This document shows, piece after piece, positions 12,363 through 24,338 of a stretch of 64,000 nt of DNA (positions within the stretch are counted from its first letter, which is position 1; every line of letters begins with the position of its first letter). The notes beneath the pieces are model-generated. The model had not been told where the DNA came from. It saw only the letters and a program-made list of their open reading frames with translations, and did not search any database. Source of the DNA: Mantamonas sphyraenae STR306 (Eukaryota; Protista; CRuMs); assembly GCA_026936335.1 (NCBI GenBank), contig JAPMXV010000011.1, positions 62,001 through 126,000 of the forward strand, given 5' to 3'. The position numbers were made by a program, and so were the translations under genes.

Positions 12363-14190
12363 CGCGGCAAAGATGGCCAGCACAGCAGCACAGGCTGCTA
12401 TGGAGTGGGGCTCGGTGCAGCCGCTCAACGACATGTACATGGGCTTTGACGACGCTATGGTTTCCTCGCCGGTTGTCGAAAGCAAGATTCAGCCTGAAGA
12501 GACCAAGCCCAGCGACGCAGCCCACAAGAAGCGCACGAGCAAGAGCACGCGCCGCCGTGCAACCTCATCCAAGAACACCGCCGCCTCTCGCCGTGCGAGC
12601 CAGAGTGATGCCCAGGGTACGTTGCTTCGAGGGCACAGAACCTCCAAAAACGGCTGCCGGACCCCCGTTTTTTTCCACCTCCCGTTTTTTTTCGCGGGAT
12701 TTCGCCGCCCGTTTTCCCACACCCGTCCGATGCATGGAGGCGTGGACACGGACCATGGGTGCATGCAACAGACGCGCGTGTGTGTTGGCCAGCGCTTGCG
12801 TGGCCGTGAAGCGTGCATGGCGGTCTGCATGGAGAGAAAGGGCCGTGGGAGGGCGTGGGAAAAGGCTCGAAAAAGGAACCTGAAAATCTGGAACCATCGC
12901 TCACACTGTCCACTCACCTCTCTCTCTCGCTCTCACACACACGCAGATCCGGAAAAGGCCAACGTGACGCTGGCATGGAACTGCCTGAGCGAGGTGCAGC
13001 TGCCGAGTGACGAGGCGTTCCTGCTGTCGCTGGACGACGAGGAGCCGCTGAGTAGCGACGCGTACATCAAGCAGCGGGGAGCGTCGTTTGACGCGTATCT
13101 GAGCCAGGCGGACCTGCACAAGCCGCTGGCCATTGTGGGGCGCTTTGAGCGCGACCGTGTGAACGAGTCAACGGGCAAGGAATGGCAGTCGTGGAGCAGC
13201 AACGTGAACTGCTCCGTGTTGCCGGCCAGCAGGGAGGACAAGGCCACCAAGATCACGTTTGACCGCGCCGGACGTGGTCCCAAGTACTGGAGCGAACCCA
13301 AGGAGGGCGAGCTGCCTGCGAGCCTGAACCGCAAGAAGATCCGGGACGACAATGTGTCGATTGCCACGCGCTACGTGGGCTTCTCGGAGAAGCCGAGCGA
13401 GGTGTCGTACGCGGACTTTAAGGCGACGCTGTACTACAACGAGCACGGGGAGGCGACGACGCGAGGCATGGGCAGGAGTGCACAGATGGTGTACTTGCTT
13501 GTGCCGGCCCACGTGTCGACCATTGGCGTGGACGACATGAGCCACCTGTACAGTCTGCTTTCCACTCGTCTGGCCGCCATGCTGTCGAGCTGCACCAGTG
13601 CCCCCGAGGTGTTTGGCACACGCCAAAACGCAGGTGGGCGACGCAAGCAGGCCGCCTCGGCCTCTGCTGCTGCTGGTGGTGCTTCCAAGGCAAGCAGTGC
13701 GTCCAAGAGCAGTGGTAGCAGCAGTGGTAGCAGCACGCAGTCAAGGCGCAGCGCATCCAAGCGTGCACAGGCCAAGAAGCAAGAGGTGCAGCTGCAGGTG
13801 GACACGACGCCCGTGTTCAACACGGCGGAGAGCAACGCACAGGCAATGAGCCTGGAGAGCGCGGCAGCAGCGGCGGCCGTGTCTGCGTCGTCCCCTCCTG
13901 CCGAGTACCTGCGTGTAGCGGCCATGCAGGCAGCCGTGGAGAGCGAGCGTCGCTTTGACTTTGCGCTGGAGGGCCAGCAGATGCGACACCAGGCCGAAGA
14001 CGTGGCCAGCGTCATCAGCGCAGGCTCCAGCATGTTTGGCGACGACCTGTTTGATCTGGAAACCGAGTCGGTGGCCTCGTCGGGCTCCATGCTCGCCGAC
14101 CTTTCCCTGGCCCAGCTGAGCTTCCAGGACACCATGCAGCAGCCAGTCGACCTCGAGAGCTTTTTCAACAACTGGGACGACATGGAGTAG
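12157..14190 (+). CDS. Uncharacterised protein, transcription-factor-like layout (intron 12617-12946)
   Basis: Basic NLS-like stretch (KKRTSKSTRRR), a ~200-aa globular core, and acidic/aromatic termini (DDLFDLE, DLESFFNNWDDME). Confidence 0.6.
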
Positions 14191-14316
14191 TGTGCCACCA
14201 TGCATGTGTTGCATGTCGGATGAGAGAGAAAGAGAGAGAAGCAATCAGAGGCAATGGACACATCATGCTCTTCACCGCCATCCTTCGCAACCAAACACCC
14301 TCTTGACACCGACCAC

Positions 14317-17050
14317 ATGAGCGAGGAACCCGAACAACAAGTGCAACCGGCTCCGGCGGACGAGGACATCTTGTCCGAGATCTCTGGTCCCACTGTGTCC
14401 CCTCCTACAGAGGCATACGACAACGCGGGTCTGTCGCCGCCCTCGTCGTCTGCGGCCGGCGCCTCGAGCGCGGCTGCAAGCGGTGCTGGCGCAGCCGCCG
14501 CCTCCTCCTCCTCCTCCTCTGCCTCCAACGACGCAGAGGCGGGCTCGAGCAGTGCTGGGGTAGGTTCTTGCCATGGGTTCCGTTCCATGGGGGTGTGATT
14601 TGGTGGCAAGCAACAACGGCACAGCACACACACACACTCTCTCTCACACACACACTCACTGACACACTCACTCACTCACTCTCTCACTTTATCCACAGGA
14701 AACCGACGAACAACCCATCATGGACGAGGCAGCCGAGGAAGGCGAAGAGACGCTGCCCGAGGCGATGTTGGACCGCTCGCAATGGGTAAGCCGCCCTCTT
14801 CCTTTTTTTGCTTTTCGTCCCACGATTTTGCCTGTGGCTGACACACAACACACACGCACGATTGGTCCATGCGATGTGCCACCCCGCCCACAGCTTGCCA
14901 CGGCCATGCGCAGGCACCCGGATATTCTGGAGCTGCGTGAGCGCCTGCGTCCGTTTTCGGGCGTCGAGTCGTTTGGACGCAAGGTCAACGCGGGACGCAC
15001 CGAAACCAAGGATGTGCTCAGCCGCGAGCTGCTCATCCAGCTGATCATGAGCTACCTCGACAAGGAGGGTCTGCCCAAGACGGTGTCCAGCATCGAGGAG
15101 GAGACCAAGCTCAGCTGTACGTGTGTCCCTGCGCTCTACACACGCCCGTTTGATTGGCCCTCTCTTTTTGCTTTTCCTGACACACCCAGTCATCCACCCG
15201 CACACCCACACACAGACAACCCGCCCCCGTTTGTCACCGAGACGCCGCTGTTGACTCTGCTGCGTATGGGCATCAAGGACAACTCACAGGTAAGCTGCGT
15301 GCGAGTGTGCGTCCTCATGCAAACGGCCCCTCCCGGGCAAACGTCCACTCACACAGCGCGCCCGCGGTTCCCAGATTCACGAAATCCCTCCCGAGGACGA
15401 AATCGACCAGAGTGCAGACCCCGAAGTGCCTGCCCAGTACGAACAGTTTGGCAGTGCTGAAGACGATGGTATGTGTGTGACGCAAACACCGTAGCATGGC
15501 TGTGTGCCGAATGGGAGGCTGGCGTGTGTTGCACCCGCCTCGTTCACGCACTCACACACTCTCACACACTCTCTCACACGCACTCAACCCCCACAGACGA
15601 GGTCGACCTGGGCTACGACGTCAACATCTGGGACGAGGTGGAAGACACAGACGACAACGTGGTGGAGGTGGAGCGTTTCAACGACTCGTCTGGCTCGTCG
15701 ATGGTGCTTGCAGCGACGCTGAACAAGCTTGTGCAGAAGCTGACTGCGCCAGAGTTGCACGACATGAAGTACATGCGCACCTTCCTGGCGACGTACCAGT
15801 CGTTCACCACACCGGAGAAGCTGCTGAACAAGCTCATCCAAAGGTACCACGTGCCGCGCATGCCCGACATGGACGAGGACGAGTGGCGCAACAACTACCA
15901 GCGCACCATCCAGCTGCGCGTGTGCAACGTGCTCAAGAACTGGATTGAGAAGCACTTTAACGACTTCAACGAGAAGATGTTTACCCAGATCAACAACTTT
16001 GTCGACAACACCCTCTCGCGCGAGGGCAACGCACCCCTCGGTCGCCAGCTGCGCAACATCATCACGCGCAAGCAGGACAAGAGTGCACAATCGCGTACGT
16101 GTCGTGTCCCCGTGTCCCATTGAGAAGAGGAGAGGGAGAGGCATTGAAAAGAGAAGAACGATTAGAGGGAGTGATAGAGGACAGAGGGAGAGCCAACCAT
16201 TCCTGCCCCGCACTCACTCACACACTCACTCACACGCACTCTCTCACACACACATACACACGCAGAGGCCAACCTTATGGTGGAGGACACGACTATGATG
16301 CCGGACCCCAAGGTGCCCAAGAACATTTTCTCGCCGTCGCTGGCCATTGCGGACATCGATGAGGAAGAGGTGGCTCGCCAGATGACCCTGCTGGAGTTTG
16401 AGTACTTCCAGCGCGTGGAGTCGTCCGAGTTCCTCAACTTGGCCTGGGAAAAGGCACGCCTGAAGCACCGTGCACCCAACCTGGTCTTTGTCAACGAGTA
16501 CTCGGCCAACTTTAGCAACTGGGTGGCCAAGCAGATCCTGGAAAACTTTGCCGTCAAGGGCAAGGCCAAGCTGTACTCTCGCTTCCTCAAGATCACCGAT
16601 CTGCTCCTGAACAACTACCACAACTACATGACGGCCATGCACATCTACAAGGCCCTCACGCACGAGACTGTCGCTGCCGTCATCCCGCCTAGCGAGCTGT
16701 CCTCGCGCAAGGACAAGGAGATGTTCAACGAGCTTGACACGTACTTCAGCCCCAGCGGCCAGAAGGGCGAGTACAAGCAGCTCATTGCGTCGTCGGAGCC
16801 CCCTTGCATCCTGGCCCTTCAGGTTTCTCTTGCCGAGCTCAAGGACATCGAGGAGATGCAGCCCGACTTTACCAACAACCTCATCAACTTTGACAAGCGC
16901 CGCCAGATGTACAACATCATCAACACCGTCAACCAGTTCCAGACACGCACCTACAACCTGGCTCCCATCTACCAGATCCAGCAGATCCTCAAGCGCATGC
17001 CCGTCATCACCGACGTCGAGCTGCAGGAGCTCGCCGGCGGCATTCAGTGA
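14317..17050 (+). CDS. Ras guanine-nucleotide exchange factor with LisH, REM (RasGEF_N) and CDC25 domains (multi-intron)
   Basis: LisH: LLIQLIMSYLDKEGLPKTVSSIEEE. REM: AATLNKLVQKLT...TFLATYQSFTTPEKLL...LRVCNVLKNW. CDC25: EVARQMTLLE...NLINFDKRR. Confidence 0.9.
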
Positions 17051-17122
17051 GCGAGTGACTTTGGCTGGACATCGCTCGAATGCACACAATGGCTTTGTTG
17101 TCACCCCCTTCCCCTCCGTTCC

Positions 17123-18100
17123 CTACCTGCCATGTCTCACGCGAGCTCGTTTCCTGTCGGGTTGCTCGCCGTCGTCGTCGTCGTCGTCGTCGTCGTCGCT
17201 GTTGAGTTCCACCTCGATGTAATTCTCTCGCTTCCGTGTGTCCTTTCCCCCCCTCGTTCTGGTGCTGGTGCGTGGCCGCGTCTTGATTGGTGTCCCATTG
17301 GACGTGACCAGCTGCACCTCCTCGTCGTCTTCCGAGTCAGACACGACAATGGCGGTTCCGTCGTCTGCCACGCGTTCCACAACCACAGAGTCCTCCTTCT
17401 TCATCCGCTTCTGCTCTACATCCTGCTCCTGCTTCACGTTGCCTGTATGTGTCTGTGGCTCCTGTTTGGCCCTTTCCGGTGTGTGGTGCTTCCCCTGTGT
17501 GTCATTGTTTGTTGTGTCTCCTGTGTCTTCCGGCTGTGCGTCGTTCTGCTCGTCTTCCTGCTTGGGCGTCGTCGTTTCCCCTCGGAACGCCTTTTGCACT
17601 ACATCCCAGCTACCCCACTCGGGCAAGGGATACCTGCGGCTTGCGTAATAGCGCATCATCACGCCCAGCAGTGGAAGACGTTGTGTCTTTGTCGCCACAT
17701 ACTGTGCCAGTCCCACCTCATGGCACTCGTTGACCAGCTGCTGCATCATCTTGCGTGCCCCTCCATCCACTGCCACATCCAGAAACTCGAGATAGCGGCC
17801 ATAGGCGAGGCGAGAGCCAAAGAGCTCCAGCTCGCGTTCGCTGTAGTGGTCGCGGATCATGTCCACAATGTGCGGAATGGTGATGACACACTTCAAGGCT
17901 TCGGCGGGCGTACAGTCGAACCACCGCGGCAGCGGGAAGCCGTTTGCTTTGTAAAAGGCGGCCAGTTTGCTGGCCAGGGCGCGGGCCTGGTTCGACGACC
18001 GCGTCAGAATCCAGTCAAAGAGACCCAGCTGCGTGCACAGATGAGGCATGGTGCGCAGCTCGACATCCAACTCGTGTGCAGTCATGTCGTCTACGTTTCC

Positions 18101-18135
<35 letters not shown>

Positions 18136-18847
18136 CTGTCTCCACAAACGGACGTTCACGGGTGCTGTTCCTGATCACCGAGCGAAGCAGCACAAAATGA
18201 GTGTACGCCTCCTGGTTCTGGAAATAGAATCGTCCATAGCGTCGCCAATTACCACGCGCAGCATTCTCTGCCATTGCATACGTCTCACTCTCCGGGTTGA
18301 CAGGCTGGTCGAGCAAAGAGGTAAAGTGAGCGCTGCGAGTCGCGTTGCTCTCGAGCCTTCCTTCGTCGTCCTCCACCTCGCCGCCGTCCTCGCCTGCATG
18401 CATGCCATGCCCACGTTTCCCACTTGCACCCAAGCCATGTGTGCGTGTGTTGCGTGCGCTGGTAACCGCATGCTGCTGCTGCTGCTGCGAGTGTCGTGTT
18501 TGTTGGTCCCAGCCGAGGGAGTCGACTTCCTTCGCTTGCCAGTCGTCACGCAAAGAGTCAAACATGCCCTTGCGCACACACTGCACGTGGTTCGGCCCAA
18601 AATCGTCCACCTCCCAATTCAACGAGCGCATGCGCAGTCGTACCGCATCCCTCCACGTGGGATAGCACGGGTGTTGATGTCGCACCCTCAGCACAGAGTC
18701 GGGCTGAGACAGCACCACCTCTCGCAGTTCGCTCCAATATTCCCGCCACTCCTCCTGCTCATACACGCCATTCTTGGGCTTCACCGTGACCCCTTGGTCC
18801 GTGTCTGCAAACGCATGGTCCAGCCTGTTGTCCCTGCTGGAGGACAT
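17123..18847 (-). CDS. Hypothetical protein, probably nuclear (C-terminal RKRARVR)
   Basis: Long uninterrupted ORF from MSSSRD with typical codon usage; no family recognised. Confidence 0.65.
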
Positions 18848-18958
18848 GGCTGACGGGGTGTCTCTGGAGGCGTGTGTGGGTGTTGCTTGTGTGGGACTGA
18901 GTTCCTGCTGGCGCCGCAAGCGCAGCCACATCTTTTTTCTCCTTTTTCTTTGGACATC

Positions 18959-19732
18959 ATGAGCAGCAGCAGCAGCAGCTCCAGCAACGACCAACAGGAC
19001 GACGTGGTCATCGATGGCACCACCGATCTCGACTACACGCAGGAAGAAGGCCAGGAGGGCGCCACACCGGAAGAGATTGTCCGCAACGCAGCCAAGGCTG
19101 GCAACGCAGAGCTCCTGGCAGCCTCTCTCAACGCCGACCTGGACATCAACCAAGCAGACGGCGCAGGCGTCACTGCTCTCCACTACGGGTAGGTGCCCAT
19201 GTCCTGGAAACATGGCACACAAGCGCAAAGGGGAATGAGCAAATGATTTGACACAAAAGACACACGCCCCCTCTCTCTCGCCTCCCTTTTCCTCCCCTTT
19301 TGCCCCCACAGCGCTTACTCGGGCGACAAGGCCACCCTGGAGACCCTCCTGTCCAGTGCTCTGGCCATCGATCTCAACAAGCGCACCGGCCTGGAGGCAC
19401 AGACAGCGTTGCATCTGGTGGGTTGTGTGTGTGGGGAGGAGAGAGAGAAGGGGGCGGTGGTTGAATGGGACTGACAAGACGCCGGTGCCACGCAGGCGGT
19501 GATGAGCAACAACCCGGACATGGTGGATTTGCTGCTGGCAGCGGGAGCCAAGCCAGGTCTGATGGATAAGAATGGCAAAACCCCAGCGGATTTGGCCCTA
19601 AAGGTCAACGAACAGATGTACACGGCCCTCAAGGGTGCCTCGGCCGCCGCCAAGGTGTCCATGGACGATCTTGCGTCCGACAGTGACGAGGATGAGGATT
19701 GGGATGGGGAGGAGGAACCCGAGGAGAGTTGA
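18959..19732 (+). CDS. Small ankyrin-repeat protein with acidic tail (2 introns)
   Basis: GVTALHYG|AYSGD, QTALHL|AVMSNN, GKTPADLA. Confidence 0.85.
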
Positions 19733-19784
19733 ATGAAACTGAGTAAAAAATGCGGGATGGCAGCAACAACAAACACAAAAGACG

Positions 19785-22473
19785 ATGGTGCGTTGCAACG
19801 CATCCCACATGAAAACATGCCGCATGCCACGTGCCACGTGCCTTTGTGCCTGTTACCCATCCTACCCCACTCACTCACTCACTCACTCACTCACTCACTC
19901 ACTGTGTTTACACTGCCCACGTGGTTTGCAGACAAAGTCGCTGTTTGATTCGGACGACGACGTTGAACTCAAGGTGAACCCGTCGTTCGCCAAGCGGTAC
20001 GAGCACCGCAAGCGACGCGAGGACATGAGCAACCGTACGTGAGCAATGTGAGAGACCACAGCATGAAGATGAAGTGGGGGGGCGGGGAAGATGCATGCGG
20101 GGCAGCGGGGGAGGGGGGGGCAGACGGACGGACGGACTGCAGGCGAAAACATGCGCTGACTCAGGAACTCACTTTCCGCCCGTCGTGGGGAGCAGTGAAG
20201 GCAAAGCAGAAGGAACTGGAAGAGGACGAGGGATCGTCGTCGGAAGAGGAGGACGAGGATGCGTTGCTGTTGACACCCAAGGTGGAGCAGGACATCCTCA
20301 AGACGATTTCGTTGATCAAAGCCAAGGACAAGCGCATCTACGACAAGGACACCAGCTTCTTTGACGACAAAATGCTGCAACAGTTGGAAGCCACCAAGAA
20401 GGCACGAGCCAAGGCCAAATCCAAGGACCGGGCGTTGACGTTGAAGGACTACGAACGGGAACAGCTGCTGGCACACGGCGCAGAGGCGTTGGCCATCGAC
20501 GACGAAGATGCAGCCAACCAGGCACCCAGCAAGATGACACACGTGCAGGAACAGGCGGCGTTGAAAAAGGCGTTTCTTCAGAGTGCAGAGGAGATGTTGG
20601 ATGTGGATGATGATGATGATGGTGGTGGTGGCGGCGGTGACGACGGGTTGCGACTGCGGCCCAAAACACAAGCAGAGCTGGATGCAGAGGAGAAGGAGTA
20701 CCAACGGTTCATCACCGACGAAATGTCCAAGGAGAAGTTGGAACAGGTGGACGAGTTGCACACGCTGCGTCGCTACTGGAACGACGATGGCCTGGACAAG
20801 AACGAACGCTTCCTGCGCGATTACATCCTGCAACGACGATGGATCGACCGCGACGAACAGCGGGAAGAGTATGGTCGTGACGAGGACGGCGACGATGATG
20901 GCGATGATGGCGATGGGGACCATGAGAGGCACGTGTTGACCTCGCTGGTGGATGAGGAGGACGAGGCCTACGAGGAGCAAGCAGACAGGTTTGAACAGGC
21001 GTACAACTTTCGACACGAAGAGGAGGGTGCGGATCAGTTGATGACGTACCCACGCATCATTGAAGACTCTGTGCGACAGAAGCCCGACAAGAGGAAGAAG
21101 AAGAGGAAGGAGGTGGCGGAGCGCAAGGCCAGGGAGCGTGCGCAGAAGGAGGAGGAGATGAAGAGGCTGAAAAAGGTCAAGCAGAAGGAAATCATGGATC
21201 GACTCAAGACCATCCAGAAGATCACTGGCAACGAGGCCGTCGGTCTGGAGAACATTGATCTGGAAGGCGAGTTTGACCCCGAGGCATACGATCAGCAGAT
21301 GCAGCAGGTGTTCAACGATGAGTACTTTGAGCAGGGTGAGGACGATGAGGAGAAGCCCACCTGGGACGACGACCTGCTGGACGACGTCAACTACCCGGAG
21401 GACGATCAAGACGACGACGGCGATGCAACGGGTGGGTTCGGCGCTTGGCAAGAGGAACAGGACGACCAAGGTTGGTATGGCGACGATGGCAACGGGCAGG
21501 GTGAGGAGGACGAGGAGGACGAGGGGCAGCAGCAGCAGAGGGGACGCAGTAGCACAACTCTGCACGCCGTAGTGTGCAGGAGCAGATCATGGCGGAAACG
21601 AGTGGGGAGGGAGGAGCACGACGACGAGGCAGGCGCAAGAAGGGCTTTGACCCAGGACGGTACATGGAAGAGTTTTACGCGCTGGACTATGAGGACATGA
21701 TTGGAGATCTGCCGACGCGGTTCAAGTACCGCGAGGTCAAACCGAACGACTATGGCCTGAGCACAGAGGAGATCCTGCTGGCAGACGACAAGGAGCTCAA
21801 CTCGTACGTGCCAATGAAGAAGCTGGCGCCGTACGGAGGCAAGGAGTACCGTCCCAAGCGATCGCATCGCCCGAAAGTGCGCGTGCCGCGGGCTGGCGAG
21901 GGAGCGCAGCAGCACACACAGCAGCCTCAAGGGAAAGATAAGAAGAGGAAGAAGGGCAAGAAGGGGAGCAAGGCTGGAGAGGACGACAGGGAAGAGGAGG
22001 AACTGCAAGCAGAAGAAGCAAGGATGGAGGTGGAGAGCAAGAAGGAGAGCAAGAAGGAGAAGAAGCAGAAGAAAGGAAAGAAGAAGAAGGACGAGGAGGA
22101 GGAAGAGGAGGAGGAGGGGATGGTACAGGAGGAAGATGGCGACAAGAAGAAGCGAAAGAGGAAGAGGAAGAGGAAACGCAAGCGCAACAAGGGCGGGGAT
22201 GGTGGGGAAGAGAGCAGCGACGATGATGATGGAGGGGATGACCAGGAAGAGGCGACGACTTCATCATCATCGTCGTCGTCATCGTCAGGCAAGAAAGTGA
22301 AGCAGGAGAAGAAGAAGAGGAAGAAGCAGGGTGATTCGTTGACCGACAGTGATTTCAAGGAGAAGCGGCTCAAGGCAAAGAAGAAGAAGGAAAAGAGAGA
22401 GGAGCACGAGGCGGTAGAAAAGGGTTTGTTGGGGAGCACTGTGGATGAGAGGCGAGCGGCATTGTACGAATGA
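19785..22473 (+). CDS. KRI1: Kri1 (40S biogenesis factor); two 5' introns; apparent frameshift ~21552
   Basis: [76 protein letters not shown]. Confidence 0.93.
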
Positions 22474-22492
22474 ATGACGTATGAGCGCATTC

Positions 22493-24142
22493 CTATTCAG
22501 TTTCCTCTTCCTGTAGAGCGGCAATGGCGTTGGCCAGTTGCCCGCCACTGCCACCGCTGGAGCTGCTTGCGTCGCTCTCCCGTGAGCTGACAGCACCCAG
22601 GGGCCTCCACACGACGTCGAGATGGGGATTGAGCTGACGCAGCTCATGCAGGAGTTGCTCGTCCAGGGTGGGGTTGTTGACGACGTCAAGCTTGCGGAGG
22701 GAGGGCGCTGCGGCGGCGAGGTTGAGGATGCCATTGATGGTGACCCCGGTGCCACGAAGGTTGAGGGCCTGCAGATCGGTGAGGGAGGAGAGGGCGTCGA
22801 CGACGGCGTCGGTGAGGCGTGAGAGGCGATTGAGGTTGAGGCGTTGGAGACGAGGGGCATTGGCACACAGGGCCACGATGCCGTCGTTGGTGACGCCCGA
22901 ACACAGGGTGAGATTGAGACGGCGCAGGGACGGGTAAGGATCGTCGGCGCCGATAAAGGCAAAGTCGGTGATGGGCACGCCTTCGAGGATGAGGGAGTGA
23001 AGGGTGGGACATTTGGCCAGCAGACGAGCGACGCTTTCGTCGCCGAGGGTGCCAGGACGAAAGACACGGAGTTCACCCAAATGCTTGCAGTTGTCTGCCA
23101 CGGCTTCTATGGATGCATCGGTGATGCGATCGCCTGAAGGCAGGGTGAGCATGCGCAGAGAGGGCAGGGCTTTTGTCAGGACCTGCACCGCCTCGTCGTC
23201 CACTCCAGCACACATGTACAGATCCAACTCGGTGAGACTGGCATCCAGTCCCTCGCCCTCGGGCGTCGCCGCGATGGATTGTGCGAGTTTGGTCATGGCA
23301 GAAGCGCCCAGAGTCTCGCACATGGGCATGGCGAGGTGCGATAAGGAGGTGAGCGAAGAAATGCTCGAAAGAGCATCCTCTGGAAGCTGGGTCACGCCTT
23401 TGACCCACAGGCGACGCAGATTGGGGCAATTGGATGTGAGACGATTAAACTCGGCGGCGCTGTTGCCTGCAGAGAGGGTGGGCACGAGGAGGTCGGTGAG
23501 GGAGTCGCCTTTGCAAAAGGTGGCGACGTCGTCGAGGAGGCCCGCGTCGCAGGTGTTGTTTGCCAGCGGACCCCACAGGTGCAGGGTTTCCACGTGCGCG
23601 CCAATTCCGCGCAGCAGTGTATGGATGCCCGCTTGTGTGACACGGACGGAACGCAGCCACAGGTGGCGCAGGGAGGTCAGGGAGGCCAGGGAGGAGAGGC
23701 CGTCGTCGGTGAGCCGGAAGAGGCCGCGGATGTCCAATGAGTTGAGATCGGGACAGGCCGTGGCCACCAGTGCAATGTCTTCGTTGCCCAATAGAGTGCA
23801 GCCACTCAAGTCCAGTGTTTGCAACTGGGCCAGGTACGGTTGCAAGGCGGTGAGGCCCTTGCCCGTGACTTTGGAACAGCCTGCAAGGCGCAACACAGAC
23901 AATTGGGGCACAAAAGTGGCAAAGTGGGCCAGCACAGAGTCGGTCACTCGGATGGCGTGTTCCTGTTCAAACGAGAGCCGCGTCCAGCCCGCGTGGGTGC
24001 CTTCGTCCAGCCATTTGCGGCACACTCGAAACGCCTGACACCGCTCCCCCGTGCTCAGCATGTTGAAGATGTGTGAGAAGATCTCACTTGGCAATTCATT
24101 GATGTTAAGGTCATCGGACCAGCCCTCGTCGTCCGACTCCAT
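22493..24142 (-). CDS. F-box/LRR protein (FBXL family)
   Basis: F-box INELPSEIFSHIFNML...VCRKW followed by cysteine-containing LRRs (LDLSGC, ITDASI, VTNDGI). Confidence 0.9.
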   Translation of the reverse strand: MESDDEGWSDDLNINELPSEIFSHIFNMLSTGERCQAFRVCRKWLDEGTHAGWTRLSFEQEHAIRVTDSVLAHFATFVPQLSVLRLAGCSKVTGKGLTALQPYLAQLQTLDLSGCTLLGNEDIALVATACPDLNSLDIRGLFRLTDDGLSSLASLTSLRHLWLRSVRVTQAGIHTLLRGIGAHVETLHLWGPLANNTCDAGLLDDVATFCKGDSLTDLLVPTLSAGNSAAEFNRLTSNCPNLRRLWVKGVTQLPEDALSSISSLTSLSHLAMPMCETLGASAMTKLAQSIAATPEGEGLDASLTELDLYMCAGVDDEAVQVLTKALPSLRMLTLPSGDRITDASIEAVADNCKHLGELRVFRPGTLGDESVARLLAKCPTLHSLILEGVPITDFAFIGADDPYPSLRRLNLTLCSGVTNDGIVALCANAPRLQRLNLNRLSRLTDAVVDALSSLTDLQALNLRGTGVTINGILNLAAAAPSLRKLDVVNNPTLDEQLLHELRQLNPHLDVVWRPLGAVSSRESDASSSSGGSGGQLANAIAALQEEETE

Positions 24143-24205
24143 TTGCTGGGTTTGTGTTGGGGGCGCGTTTGCTGGACCCTCCCTCGGAAGGTTCTGGCAG
24201 ACGCC

Positions 24206-24268
<63 letters not shown>
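24206..24268. repeat. (GAT)n/(TCA)n microsatellite, ~20 units, intergenic/UTR
   Basis: Perfect trinucleotide run seen directly. Confidence 0.95.
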
Positions 24269-24338
24269 CGAGAAAGAGGAAAGAGGGAAGAGAGGGAGGA
24301 GGAGGAAGAGAGGGGGGGGGGGAGAGGAGGGATGCCGT

